From contig CBDBZY010000018.1 in the NCBI GenBank assembly GCA_965213685.1, positions 608,001 to 672,000 on the forward strand: a stretch of 64,000 nt of DNA, read 5' to 3'. A program made the position numbers and the translations under genes. The notes under the pieces are model-generated. The model ran no database searches. It saw only the letters and a program-made list of their open reading frames with translations, and was not told the DNA's origin. Below, piece by piece: positions 33,101 to 46,637 of the stretch (within the stretch, counting starts at the first letter, position 1; every line of letters begins with the position of its first letter). This DNA is from a bacterium (GTDB taxonomy: Bacteria > UBA8248).

Positions 33101-34001
33101 TTTATTCATAGCAGTGCACGTGAAGCTGTGTCCATGTACATGTACACTGTGCATGTACTACTGGTAGTGTAGAGTGTACGCAAGTAAACATGTACACTGT
33201 ACCTCCCTCTGGTGATCACACACATGTACATGAACATGCAGGACTCTAGCTGAAGCCATGTGTTTGGTTACTGAATCAAAAGACTTCCTTGACAACCCAA
33301 AATGATTTGGAACTGTACGTGCCAGCACTCCCCCACCCACTCACATATCCACTCACCCACTCAGTCACTTATCCACTCACTCACTCACTCACCCACTCAC
33401 ACACTCACTCACTCACTCACTCACTCATCCACTCACACACTCACTCACTCACCCACTCACTCATCCACTCACTCACCCACTCACTCACCCACTCACTCAT
33501 CCACTCACACACTCACTCACTTACCCACTTACTCACCCACTCACTCATCCACTCACCCACTCACCCACTCACCTACTCACCCACTCACTCACTCACTCAC
33601 CCACGCACTCACTCACCCACTCACCCACTCACCTATTCACTTACACACAGGATAACTATGCACACACTCATTTCTGCTGCACACACATTATCCTCTGCAT
33701 ACACATTATCCTCTTACTTTTGTGTATGTTTTGCATGCTAGAGAGTTTAATGTGTCGTGTACATGTACATATTTGCACAGTCATCACACCAGCAGTGAAC
33801 TACACAGTCGCACACATGCAAGTGTAGTAACAGCATACTGCACTGTCAGTGTAGAGTGTTGTTGCAAAGCACTACACTAGCATAGTGCAAACCTTTTTGA
33901 AGGCTACTGTGCATACTTGTACATGTGCATGTACACATGTGTGAATGTGCACATGATAAGTACTGCACTCACACTACATGTGCATGTCTATATCTCTGCA
34001 G

Positions 34002-34124
34002 ATGAGTACCTCAGGGAGGGTGTGTCCTTGTGGTGGCTGCAGGACACAAGGTTCAAGATCCCTCATGTCAACATGCACTGTTCCATTGAGTCAGTCAGAG
34101 CTGAGAAGAGTCCACGATGGATGG
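34002..34124 (+). pseudogene. Stray duplicate of the IDE-like exon at 46156-46278
   Basis: Same 123-nt length with intact AG/GT; encodes YLREGVSLWWLQDTRFKIPHVNMHCSIESVRAEKSPRWM, about 5 substitutions from the in-gene copy. Confidence 0.85.
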
Positions 34125-35169
34125 GTATGTGTGCATGGGGGCACTGAGTAATATAGAGTTGTACATGCAGAGTACATACATGTACATGTTTGCCATACAC
34201 ATATTATTGACATTATTGTCCCATCTCTTATGATCTCTCTTTCCCTTCTTCCCCCTCCCCCTTCTCTTCTCTGTTCCTCCTTTCCGTTCTCCCTACCTCC
34301 CTCCCTCCCTCCCTCCCTCCCTCCCTCCCTCCCTCCCTCCCTCCTGTATAGCCCCGCCCCAATCTTTTTACGCATGCCCATGGATCGATTGGTGCAGGAC
34401 AAACCTACGCTTATTTGAACATGAGATCAGCCATTGTTGCGCAGTTTTCGGTACATGCACCTAACATGGGAGGTCAGTAACATGAAGTACACATCCACCT
34501 GTTAAAATTGTGTGCCTGTTATGAAGGTGTGCCTGAGTCTATGCTATTTCATACACCAGGCCGGGTGCATACAGTGTGTGCAGGTGTGCACATACACTGT
34601 ATGTGTTTGTCATCCGTTACATGGTGTTATGAGGGACGAGGTTGACTTGCAGCCCTGAGATATGTGTTCTTGTATTATCTAGAATGTCCTCATCACAGCT
34701 GCTGGGAGTGCTTATCTTGTAGGTGCATGTGCGTGCATGTACAGGTATCTACTGTGTGTATATGGCATGCACACACATACATGTACATGTATGCATCTGG
34801 GAGAGCAAGTTTACATGTGTGTAAACATGTTATCTACCCCCAGAGCCTTTCGACACTGCTTTCCCTCATGACTACTGCTTTCCTTCATCGATGCAGCCTC
34901 ATCTTCTGAAACTTGTGACATGCTCTACTGTCTCTGGCTTCTTCCTTCCACCTTGCTCGATCCATGTGGTCACAGATACAGAAGGTACAATGCTTGTGAT
35001 GGGTGTGTATGTACGTGTATTAGATTTCTGCCTTGCTCTTCTTTTGCCCTCTGCACAGTCACTGTCACCTCCTCTTCACACTGTCACCTCTCACACCGTC
35101 CCAACCCACACTCTCCCCTCCCTCACTCCTCACCTGCCACACCATCCCTCTTCCCATGCACTTCACTCC

Positions 35170-35652
35170 TCCTCACTCTCCCAGCCCTCACCTTCCCACC
35201 CCTCACTCCCTCACTCTTGTTCTCCTCCCCTTCCCACCCCTCACTCCCTCACTCTTGCTCTCCTCACCTTCCCACCCCTCACTCCTTCACTCTTGCTCTC
35301 CTCACCTTCCCACCCCTCACTCCTTCACTCTTGCTCTCCTCACCTTCCCACCCCTCACTCCCTCACTCTTGCTCTCCTCATCTTCTCACCCCTCACTCCC
35401 TCACTCTCCCTCTCCTCACCTTCCCACCCCTCACTCCCTCACTCTCCCTCTCCTCATCTTCTCACCCCTCACTCCCTCACTCTCCCTCTCCTCACCTTCC
35501 CACCCCTCACTCCCTCACTCTCCCTCTCCTCATCTTCTCACCCCTCACTCCCTCACTCTCCCTCTCCTCATCTTCTCACCCCTCACTCCCTCATTCTCCC
35601 TCTCCTCACCTTCCCACCCCTCACTCCCTCACTCTCCCTCTCCCCACCTTCC
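35170..35652. repeat. ~38-bp pyrimidine-rich minisatellite inside an intron
   Basis: Unit cccacccctcactccctcactct(tg/cc)ctctcctcacctt repeated about 12 times, ending at the 35655 acceptor. Confidence 0.85.
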
Positions 35653-35655
35653 CAG

Positions 35656-36310
35656 GTGCCCAACCCCTACCCCTACCCCCACTCCAACACCACTGCCTCC
35701 CTCGTCCTGTGACTCACTCAACAGCTGCAAGCCCAGGCTGGATAACCACACGTACCAAGTCCTGACCCTCAACAACTCTCTCCGTGTTCTCCTGATCTCT
35801 GATCCCAAGTCCAACATATATGCAGTGTCAATGGAAGTGGCGGCTGGATCATTCAGTGACCCGCCTGAAGCAGAAGGACTGGCACACTTCTGTGAGCACA
35901 TGCTCATTCTGGGAACAAAGAAGTACCCCGATGAGCACGTCTACTCCAACTACCTGTCCACTCATGGGGGAGGGGATAATGCCTTCACATCTACGCAGGA
36001 GACCAACTACTACTTCAGTGTGAACTCGGACTCCCTGGAGCATGCCCTGGACCTCTTCGCTCAGTTCTTCATTGCTCCGCTGTTCAATGCCTCCTCTGTT
36101 CAGGATGAAGTCCATGCAGTGAACTCGGAGCACGAGAAAAACCTTCAATCAGATGAATGGAAGCTGTGGCAGCTCCTGAAACATGTCTCCAATCCTGAAC
36201 ACCCGTTTCACATGTTCTCCACTGGCACACTCTCAACTCTCAACAGCTCACATGTTGACCTACTGCAACTGCTACACAACTACTACAACTCCAGTTACTC
36301 TGCCAACACT
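35656..36310 (+). CDS. M16 peptidase N-terminal catalytic exon (HFCEH zinc-binding motif)
   Basis: Acceptor cccag at 35655, donor gtaagt at 36311; LNNSLRVLLISDP..AAGSFSDPPEAEGLAHFCEHML..NAFTS..TNYYF..ALDLFAQFFIAPLF..EVHAVNSEHEKNLQSDEW. Confidence 0.9.
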
Positions 36311-36479
36311 GTAAGTACATTGTATACACATGTACGTCTCTTCGTGTACTAAGTGTAAGTGTGGCTAAGTGTACATGTACATGTACCAGCACAATGTACA
36401 TGTATACAAGAGCCATGTGACGAGAGCCAGAACTACGCAAGGAGACGGGGAGGAACCCATACATGTACATGTACCTGTA

Positions 36480-37460
36480 CATGTACAGGTTGGCCAAAAG
36501 TCCATTCTTGATCTACTGCTATGGAGTTAGGTGTACATGTGTATACTGTACATGTACATGTACATGTACATCTACACATACATGTACATGTACATGTGTA
36601 CATGCACATGTACATGTGCATCATGTACAGTACATGTACAGTGTACAGGGTGTACATACATGTACATGTACATGTACATTATAGTTACATGACCCTAATT
36701 GGGATGCATGAGTTGCATGGGCGAATGCATCCCAATTAGGGTCATGTAATTATTTTGTTGGAAGTTGCGGGCCTACTCACCCTAGCCGTCCCATGATCTC
36801 CTCTACCACTTCAGCTTTGAGATATGGGCCTTTAAAATTTTGGTTGCTAAGCAACTTCCAACAAATGTGTATGCACGTGTAATACCCACACTCCCGGTCA
36901 CCCCAGCGCAGCTGATGAGGCCTGCTATTGGCCGAAATGCGTCCTGCGCACCGGGTGACTGTTTAACATCTAGGTCTAAGGGCCATTTGCGGCCTAGGGA
37001 GCTGTGGTTCTCGATTTATTCATGTACATGTTCACTTGTAATTAGAGGTACATGTACATGTACATAGTAGCGAGAGGCAACATTGACATGTACATGTACT
37101 GTACATGTCCATTGCACATTGCACATGTGTGTAGGGTGATAGTATTAAAGGACCTCTATATATTGCACATTGTCTCATATACAATTAACATACATATACA
37201 TGTACATGTACATGTAGAATAGCTTTGTACTTGACAGAATAAGCTTTGTTTTCTTTTACACAACATGTAGTATATGTACGTACATGTATACATGTACATG
37301 TACATGTACATGTATATGTATACATGTACAGTCAAGTTCATGCGTACAGCAGTGTACATGCATGCACATACATGTATTGCTTCAACATGTACATGTACAT
37401 GTACATTTAGGTTCAAGAGATGCATGTGTGTATGCACAGTACACATGTACACAAATGTGT
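36480..37460. repeat. (TACATG)n-rich low-complexity tracts
   Basis: Direct inspection; the motif also recurs throughout the introns of the window. Confidence 0.85.
36897..36959 (+). ncRNA. Minimal type I hammerhead ribozyme (Penelope/retrozyme type)
   Basis: gtcaccc..GCGCAG CTGATGA GGCC tgctatt GGCC GAAA tgcg TC CTGCGC..gggtgac: intact core, stem I GCGCAG/CTGCGC extended by gtcaccc/gggtgac, stem II GGCC/GGCC; predicted cut after GUC at 36943. Confidence 0.8.
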
Positions 37461-39089
37461 GTGCATCTGTTGGGAATGTGTTCAGTATTCTCAAGAGGTA
37501 ACAGATCATGCAATACGTATATACACACATGGGAAACATAATGCCATCCACTGGCTCCCACACACAGTGTGTGCATGTATTGGTTAGGGACAGGCAGTGT
37601 TTCCCCAGTGCGGAACTGGCAGACCCAAGGATATCATCATAAATGACAATCTCAGGGAAAGCTGAAGACTCACATGAACATAATACAAATTACATGGTTA
37701 TGGTTTGTGAAGGGCACAGTCGGAATACACCTACATGTACATGTACTTGTATATCAACATGTAGACATGTACATGTACCTGTATTATATGTATGTATACA
37801 TACTACACAAGTAACCCCATCCCTACATCTTTTTTTCATCTTTATATTCTGCACAAAAATGTTTCCAGTAATCTCACAGCAAACTTTAGATACACGTTCT
37901 ATTCAAAAAAAAGATGTAGGGATGGGGTTACTTGTGTAGTCCTCTGCACACTGCCATCCATATATCTAGTTTGTGTGGTTTTTGGCACTGCCATCCTTAC
38001 ATCCTTCTACATTTTTGGAAAATGTTTTTCATACTTGTTTGCATGCATTTTTTGCTGTACTACAGTACCATACAGGAGGTTGCCCTTCTCTAAGTCAAGC
38101 ACCAACACCTTCCTCCGCGCACGGAAAAATACGGCTGGCTTGCGAGGCTAAGTATGTTTCTTGGGATCATACTCGGAAGTGAAGCTCAGTGATGCAACTT
38201 TGATTCTTGGGGGCGCCGTATCCTTTGGTAGAGAGATGCATAACGCCACTTAGCGCTCAAAGGGCCTAACACGAGCGTCCGCTAGTTATATTAGAACATT
38301 TTGTATGTACACGTGCAATTGGTACGTCGGTGTCATTCCTACACGAACAGTTTACCGACTCTGAAACAACAGTGAAGTAAGATACGGCTGAAACACAAGC
38401 CACTCGGCCGCTATCGATCATTGCTTGGAGAAATTACTAGGGTGTGGCTTCGTGTGATTGCACGCAGCGCGCGAGGCCAGCCCTCACGTGCTTGCAATCT
38501 GTGTCACATGACAATTATTAGAAAATGGCTTCCAAATATGGGCATGTTGTCCAGTGCGTCTAGTTTCTGCTTGTTTGAGAAGATGCTAAGATGCCGTTAA
38601 GGCAGATCATACGCGTAGTGATTACAGTTGATCTGTAAAGAACTACGGTGATTACTTCTGCCAGTTTCGAGAAAAGTCGTTTGAAAGAAATCTCTTAAGA
38701 AGAAGAAGAATCAGAAAGAAAAAGAAATCACCACTTCGCCCGTTTCCTGGCAGTAAGTCTAGGGATGCTTTTTAGCTATCTGTGGGGTATCATTGGGTAG
38801 AGAAACGTCGGAATAGGATAGCTAGATGTCCAGAAAGGCTTAGAACACGAGCGTTCGCGAGTTAAGACGGATTTCCAATGTACGCACACTATGGGCGGAC
38901 CAGCGCCATCCCTACATAGAGAGTCTACCGACTCTCTGATAGAGTGCATGTACATGTACATGCACATGTGGAATTTAGTACAAGGTGATTCCAGCCATGT
39001 ACAGTACATGTACTGTAATTGAATTTGAGTGAGCTAAGTAGAGATATACAACACATGTACATGTACATCAACATGTACATGTGCATGTA

Positions 39090-41241
39090 CAGTAGACGTC
39101 AAAATATAGTTTACACTATGCTAACGTACTATGCACGTATTTTCTGCGTACTTTTTGCGTACTAGGTGGCATACTACGTAGCATACTAAGTTGCGTAGTT
39201 ATTACACAATTAGCGTACTACATAGTGTACAACATTCTAAACAGCGACTATGCTGCATACTAAGTAGCATACGAGAGCTATAGAGGAAGACTCGAGACCC
39301 CGCTTTGTGGGAGGGGCCTGGGTAGCTAGCTCGCACGTATCTGTAACAGCGTCTTCGTGGGATCATTAATACGCTGCGTACTATGTACTACGCTGCGTAC
39401 AAAACGTATTTATTGGCATAGTTCTTTTTTTTTTTTTTTTTTGCGGAAGGACAAATAACAAATGCAAGGATGAGGCGAATACTGTACAGAGCAAATAAAG
39501 CCATTCAAAACAAACGAAAAAGTAAGTATACAGTATATGAAACTAAACTGTTCATGCATGATACACGAAGGTTTACAAATGGCAGGAAAGACCTGCCTCA
39601 GAAATAACAAGGTCAATAGGAGGAACCGGCTGCCTCATCGCGTGGCCAACAGTAGATCGAGCACCTCTAATACACCGGATGGATGATCGTAGGAGGGAAA
39701 AAGAGAGAGCACATCTGATCCAGGCAATAGTGGAGCTGTAGGGCTGGTCATGTTTGGAGGAGAGCATGGAGGCAAGCCTCTTGTAACAGACAGTGGCAGC
39801 TTTTCCCAAACCTCCAGTGAGTGACAGAACGAGTGGAGTGAATGAGCTGTGCTCAATTTCACGGACCCTCTGTTCATAGGCACGTTTTTTGATGTTCTCG
39901 TGCTTTCTGTAGCAAGTAGCTAGAGGTTGCCTGTTTGAGGGAGCGTATGGGTTAAAAACCCTTACATCAAAGAAATCTCTCTCATACTGGCCTCCCCAAA
40001 AGCCCTTGGCAGCCACATTTAATCTGGCACCGTCCTCAGTGATGGCAGAGGAACTGGCGAGAGTTTCCCCAGTGAGTGGCTGAAGGGAAGGTTCTATTGA
40101 GACATCATGGCACACTTCTGACAGTAGGTTAGCAGTGAGGTCTCGGATCTCATTGTGTCTTAAGGTAGGGAAGCCACCTTTCTGACAGGAGAGGACAAGC
40201 TCCCTTGTGGAGAGTGAATCCAAATTCCTCCAAAGGGAGGGCCGTGAGCCAGCTAGAGGCTCCTTTTTCTTGGGCAAGGTCTATTGCACGTTGTGTAGAA
40301 GTATCGACAGTAGCTCTGAGAGTTGCTGCGGTAGCCTTTGTTCTCTCACAATTTTGTTTGTAAACTTCTTTCTTGGCTGTCAGTTGTGCCTCAATGCACT
40401 CAAGGGGGTATTCATAACATTGTTGCAATATGAGATCTTTCAGTGGTGCAGCTATCTTAGTGGATGAAAGATATTCGTGGGTCGAGAGAAGTGTGGGGTT
40501 AGTAATGCCAAGGCCACCCAGTCTCACAGGCAGAGAAAATAACTCACGATCAGTGTCATTGGAAGGAGCTCTACCAGTTAGAACAGGGATGAAATGGAAT
40601 CTAATGTATTCTTCCAGGGGCTGCAGCAGCAACTCAATGTTGGGGGTAGTTCTACACAGATATGAGAATTTGTGCACATAGCCATATGTGTAGGCTGCAA
40701 AAGCCACATGTGGCTGAACTCTGGTAACATCAACTAGTTGTGTTAGCTCTTTCTTCCACTGCTGAACTTTTTCAATGACAAAACTGTTGGTAAACGCATC
40801 TGAACCTATAGCAGACCCAAGATATGCTCTGCCATCTGAAGTGATATTAACCTGCGTATCCTGAAAAATATTTCTAGCATTTTCAAGGTGTGTGTCCTTC
40901 GTCACAAGCCAGGTTTTCTTGGCATTCCCAAAGTAACCAAAGGCAGGTCCAGCGGAAGTGAGGTTATCCCACCAAACACGTAGGGATGTCAGTGATCCTG
41001 AAGCGGCAGCATCATCTGCATACCAGACCTGCATATTACTGGATGTACTGCTCAAATACTTGATAAGTGGAATGGTTGCCAGGGCGTACATGGGCATTGC
41101 TAGAGGGTCTCCCTGGGTAGTGCCTTCCTCTGAGAGCAGGGTGTGCCCATCCACATTTATTGGCACAGTAGGCTGTCAAATTCCTGTGTAGTTATAACGT
41201 ACTACGCTAGCGTAGTGTAAACTTTATTTTGACGTCTACTG
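39090..41241. mobile_element. Tc1/mariner-type MITE (TA-flanked) interrupted by a retrotransposon
   Basis: ta|cagtagacgtcaaaat..gtttacacta ... tagtgtaaac..attttgacgtctactg|ta; a short relative lies at ~46364-46505. Confidence 0.8.
39423..41154 (-). mobile_element. 5'-truncated CRE-like non-LTR retrotransposon (RT + restriction-like endonuclease)
   Basis: EEGTTQGDPLAMPMY..WYADD (RT); C.KGG...RHNEIRD..EP..ARLNVAAKGFW..FFDVRVFNP (RLE); deletion/frameshift at ~40200; poly(A) seen as T-run at 39425-39442; TSD atttattggca(t/c)agt at 39408-39422 and 41155-41169. Confidence 0.85.
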
Positions 41242-44200
41242 TAGCTAAATGTGCAAGACATACTGTACAACTGGTTAGTGACATTCCAAAGTGCTTGCAA
41301 CAGCTGTTCCAGATAGCACAGGAATGTTCACTGATAAAGCCATAAACCCACTGCTATTATTTACACAACAGGTACAGTGTACATGTACATGATCAATCTC
41401 GTACATGTATATGCAGATTAAACAAGGGAAAGCAAAGTCCGAAGGCAGACAGTGAAAAAGACACTGAGCTGCCTCGGACGCGTGACCACCGAGTTGCTAG
41501 TCCAGTGCTCTAGTCCAGAACATGTACATACAAGGTGCACTGTGCATGTACACTGTACACTATACATGCACAATGTACAAAATAATATTGTAGGCATAGA
41601 CATACTGTACATGTACTCTATTTCTTTTGAGGATGTGACTCTGTTTAGGTGTATGTGTGGGAGGGTCTTGTGTGATGGGCCCTAGGACTGTGGGAGTATG
41701 TGTATGTACACTATGTACACTGTAGCTGCATAGCATCTTCAGTGAGTGCATTTAGACAAGTGGCCAGTCATGAATAGTCTTAGGGTAGGAGGGCATGTCT
41801 AAACGCCATATACCTGTGTACACATGTACATGTACATGTATGTGTATACTGTATGTACATTGAGCATACCTTCATGTGTGGTGTGTGTCCAGTGAATGCT
41901 ATACTGTACATGTACATGTACATGATGAAAAGGCTTAAGAATATTTTTAGAAAACTGTGAAATACTGGCAGCCACCAAGGATTGAACCTGGGGCCTCTTA
42001 CTTAAGCCATCAGTGCTCTACCACCTGAGCTATGGCCACCGGGTGACAGGCAGCCTTCAGAATTATCGATATCACTCTATATGTACAAATACAATACATA
42101 CATGTACATGCACATGCATGTGAGATGTGGTGTCAATGTGGTACATATTGAGGGTAAGGAAGGCAACTACACCTGAAGACAACTTCTCTTTTTGGAGAAG
42201 AATTGAGGCGGAACTCGAACGCATCATTCATATTGTGCAGATGCTCTACCAGCTGAACCACTGAGGCAGCCCAGCTGGGCAGGCTGAATCTTTAAGGTTT
42301 ATGCAAGGACAAAACTTCCCTGTTAGAAGGTTACTCTAAACTTTGCCTTGTGTCTATGACTGATCGATCATGTACATGTATCAGCTGGTAGAGCGTCTGC
42401 CTAGAACGCAGAATGTCGCGGGTTCGAGTCCCGCCCGAGGCAGCTCTTCTTTTTCTCTGGGGAAAAAAAAGTTGTCTTCGGGCGTTGTTGCTTGCATTTG
42501 CCTTGTCTCTATGACTGATTATACATGTATGTATTCTGTCTGAGACCAAATGTGTACATGTAAGTCTAAGCTTGTAGCACTCATTTGTTCGCTCAGTATG
42601 TTAATGTCTACCCCAACACCTCATCTGGTTTACAGTATGTAGCGTTAACCAGATGAAGTGTAGGGTTAGACATACATGTACAGTGTACATGTACATGTAT
42701 ATGTAAGAGTTCTCTTTGGACTGTCACTGAACAAGATGCTTCAGCAAATCCCATGCTTTTGCAGGGTATTGGGAGGATGTATGCACATCCTGTACACACA
42801 CTGTCCTGCTGTTTGCCAACTGCCAGCTCTTGGCTAATGTTGGACCATTCTTCTCCAATTACATCATTACATCATTTTGCTACATGTACTTCCCTGGGAC
42901 CTTGTACCCACAAGGAAGCCATTTGTGTGCTTTGTCCTTGTGTTTCACTTCCTAAAATACATGTACATGTACATGTACAGTATATAAATGTGCACTTCCC
43001 GTTCCTATTCCCAGAGATGGGGGAGGGAGACACTCGGGATTTCCATCCCAAACCCATTTGTGTAGTCAAAGGTCATACACGTGTGGTAGGGGGGAGAGCC
43101 TGGAAATGAGGCTACCACTGTACATGTAAATACGTGTATGCACTACTGCAGCAAGTGGTATACATGTACAGTGTACATGTACATGTGTAATACTGTGTAT
43201 GACCTAGTGATCCCACCCCTACCAAGTCCTGTATGAACCCCTGATGAGTACTGATGCATGTACAGCATACACCCACCATATCCCACTACAGATGCAGTTG
43301 GTGGTGTACGGCCAAGAGCCCATCCCCACCCTCGCCAACTGGACAGCAACTTACTTCTCACTTATCCCCAAATGATCTGTCTCCCCTCGCACCTTCAACA
43401 CAACTGCCTTCCCTCCAGAGTACTCTGGGAAGCTGGTCTACTACCGTCCAGTGGCTGACACTAACACCACCTCCATCTACTTTGGAATCTCTGTACTGAA
43501 ATGATGTCACTGAATTCCTGTCCCGTTACCTAGGACACGAGGGTCAGGGGAGCTTTCTGTACTACCTGAAGCAAGGGAACTGGGCCACTTCCCTCTCGGC
43601 AGGGTCAGAGGTCGATGCCAACTCCTTCACCCTGTTTGTGGTGTCCATTGAGCTGACTGAGGACGGCTTGTCCCACGCCTCAGAAGTGGTAGCCAGTGTG
43701 CTCCAGTACATCAGGTGAGGGGAGTGTGGATGGTTAATCCCTCCATGTACATGTAGATGTGCATGTGCATGTACATATATTCTACCATCCAATTTTGTGT
43801 ATACTGTATTCTCCCAAGTACATGTACATGTACATGTAGTTCAATTGTAGGAACAAGGCAACACAAAGCAACTACACTTGAAGACAGCTCAAAAATAGAA
43901 AAGCTGCCTCTACAGTACCTGTACATTATACACGTATACCCCACAATGGCATGTACACATAGTACAGTATATGATATGCACAGTGCTGTGAACATGTGCT
44001 GTTTTGCTGCCCATCATACCACTGTGTTCTCCATCCTTCACCTTCATCCCTGACTGTGCTGCACCGTCACACTGTGCTTGGTGTGTCTCTCACTGCAGGC
44101 TGCTCTCCAGTCAGTCAGACAGTGACCTGCAGGCCATGTGGAGTGACTACATCGATGTGGCACAGGTGGTGTATGACTACAGTGAGCAGGACACCCCCAG

Positions 44201-44838
44201 CAGCTATGCTCAGTGAGTGTGGGAGAGTTTAACAGAGCAAGAAGGTGTAGCCATACATTTGCACAGTTTGCATGTACATGTACATGTACCTCCGTGTAAA
44301 TAATTATCATGTACCCATGTTCACACACATTTACCATAACATGTGCATGTATACACATGCAGGGCTCTAGCTGAAGCCATGCATTTGGTTACTGACCTAC
44401 AAGACTTCCTTGACAACCCAAAACGACGTCTCCTCAACACGTCCCTCATCTGCCAAGTCCTGACCTCCCTCTCCCCTGACAACTCTCTAGTGTTCATTGA
44501 GACACAGCACTTGAACATTGATGGCATCTTTCCTCTCGTCAGTGCACCAAACCAAACCTCACCCGTGAACTTGCCCTGGCCAGTGCTGAATGAAACAGAG
44601 CCTATCTACACCACTCACTATGCTCTCATGGACACACCACACAATGTGGCTCAGTACTGGGGGGCCAGTGAGGCTGCTGACCTCTGGCTGCCTCAGGCAA
44701 ATCAGTTTATTCCTCAAGACTTCAACATATTACCTGCTCCACAGGATGTGAAAGACACTCCTCAGATGGTGGAACTCAATGACAGTACATGCCAGCAGTA
44801 CTCTCACTCCTTCCTTCACCTGCTCACTTACCCACTTA

Positions 44839-45444
44839 CAGTATGTTTCAAAAAAAAGTTAATGTTTGTCTCCATTGCACGGTAAGCTCGAAGCAATGGA
44901 TTGGTAATAACGAGGCAACGGAACAGAAGCAACACGCTAACAAGGAAGCACAAAAGTAGAATGATAATTGGCAAAAAACACGGAAACAGTAAAACAGAAA
45001 TGGCAGCACGATAACACGGAAGTTTGTGCCCGTGACCATCTAAGAGATTTTGAAGCTCTTTCGCTGTTGTTTCGTCCTTTCCTCACTGCTTCTCGACGAT
45101 GGTCTTGACACTCTCCATCCATCGTCCACTACCAGTGCGCCTTGACATTCTACCATTCGTTAGTACTTTGTAAGTAGTTGTGCACACCCACCTGGGACAC
45201 TAATGCCCTCTGCACGAAGAGCCTTGGCTATAGATGTGCAGCACAGAAGTTTGTTAGTGCATATACAGCACGCAAACACGGAAACTGTAAAATGGAAGTG
45301 CTTCATTTAGATGGAACGAAAGCGCCAAAATTCAGCATTTCGTTTCCACAAAACGGTATCAACACGCAGACGAAACGAAGATGAAACAGAATATTCCGTT
45401 CCGTGCAACGGAGACAAAACATTAACTTTTTTTGAGCCATACTG
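44839..45444. mobile_element. Tc1/mariner-type MITE
   Basis: ta|cagtatgtttcaaaaaaaagttaatgtttgtctccattgcacgg ... ccgtgcaacggagacaaaacattaactttttttgagccatactg|ta. Confidence 0.85.
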
Positions 45445-46637
45445 TACCTACACATCACACAAGCACCAGCTGACTCACTTAGACACTCAATTGTTTTCAG
45501 TGTTGCTGCATGTGCTAGTACATGTACATGTACAAGTACATGTACACATGTGCATGTTCCTCTACAAGTAAATGTTTGAAGTACGCATACATGTACAGTA
45601 TATATTGTACTTATAATGCATGTACATGTACATGTACATGCATGTCATCTACATGCACAACGTACATGTACACGTGTATGTACATACATAATGTCAAAGG
45701 TTTCTACATGCACTTCGAGTCCTGCTTGAGGCATCTCATTTTTTTCCTCCAGAAGAGAGAAAGAGCTGTCTTCAGGTGTACACAGTACATGTAGTTGCTT
45801 TGCATCGCCTTGTCTCTATGACCAAGTTTGTAATTGCTCAGTGTGGAGTTGGTGTCTTTGGTGGGGTGTACCCCAGGCCCTCTCATTAATACTGAGTTAA
45901 GAGTTACCTTACGCTCTTTATCAGGGGAGACACCTTGTCCTAGTACTAACTTTTGAAGATTCAGCCTGCCCAGCTGAGCTGCCTGGGTGGCTCAGTTGAT
46001 AGAGCACCTGCATGTTGGCAGGATGTTGCGGGTTTGAGTCCTGAGGCAGCTCATCTTTTGTCTGAAAAAAATGGAGCTGTCTTCATGGGTTGTTGCTTTG
46101 CATTGCCTTGTCTCTATGACACAATTTACATGTACATGTATATATCTTTCTGCAGATGATTACCTCAGGGAGGGTGTGTCCTTGTGGTGGCTACAGGACA
46201 CAAGGTTCAAGATCCCTCGCGTCAACATGCACTGCTCCATTGAGTCAGTCAGAGCTGAGAAGAGTCCACGATGGATGGGTACATTATGCTGCATACTGTA
46301 CTTGTACAGATATACATTACGTGTACAGTACATGTGCATGTACATGTACATGTACATCATTTACAGTAGACGTCAAGAAAAATCTAACTGTTGCAACATA
46401 GTACACTAGCATTATATAGTACTTGTATGTACTACACTGTCAACTTCGAGTGTAGTTGCAACATAGTACACTAGTGTAGTGTATAGCTAATTCTGAAGTC
46501 TACTGTACATGACTGTGCAGTGTGCAAGGGTAGCACACTTGTGTATGCATGTATGTTCCATGTGCAGTGTGCACTTGCAGGAACAATCAGTAAGGTACAT
46601 GTACATTAAAAGAAAGAAGGAAGAAATGGATATATAT

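Noticed and set aside
34891-35765. Pro/Ser/His/Leu-rich N-terminal extension of the IDE-like protein
   Set aside because: Derives from a 38-bp pyrimidine minisatellite open in all three frames and ending at a strong acceptor (35655); more likely intronic.
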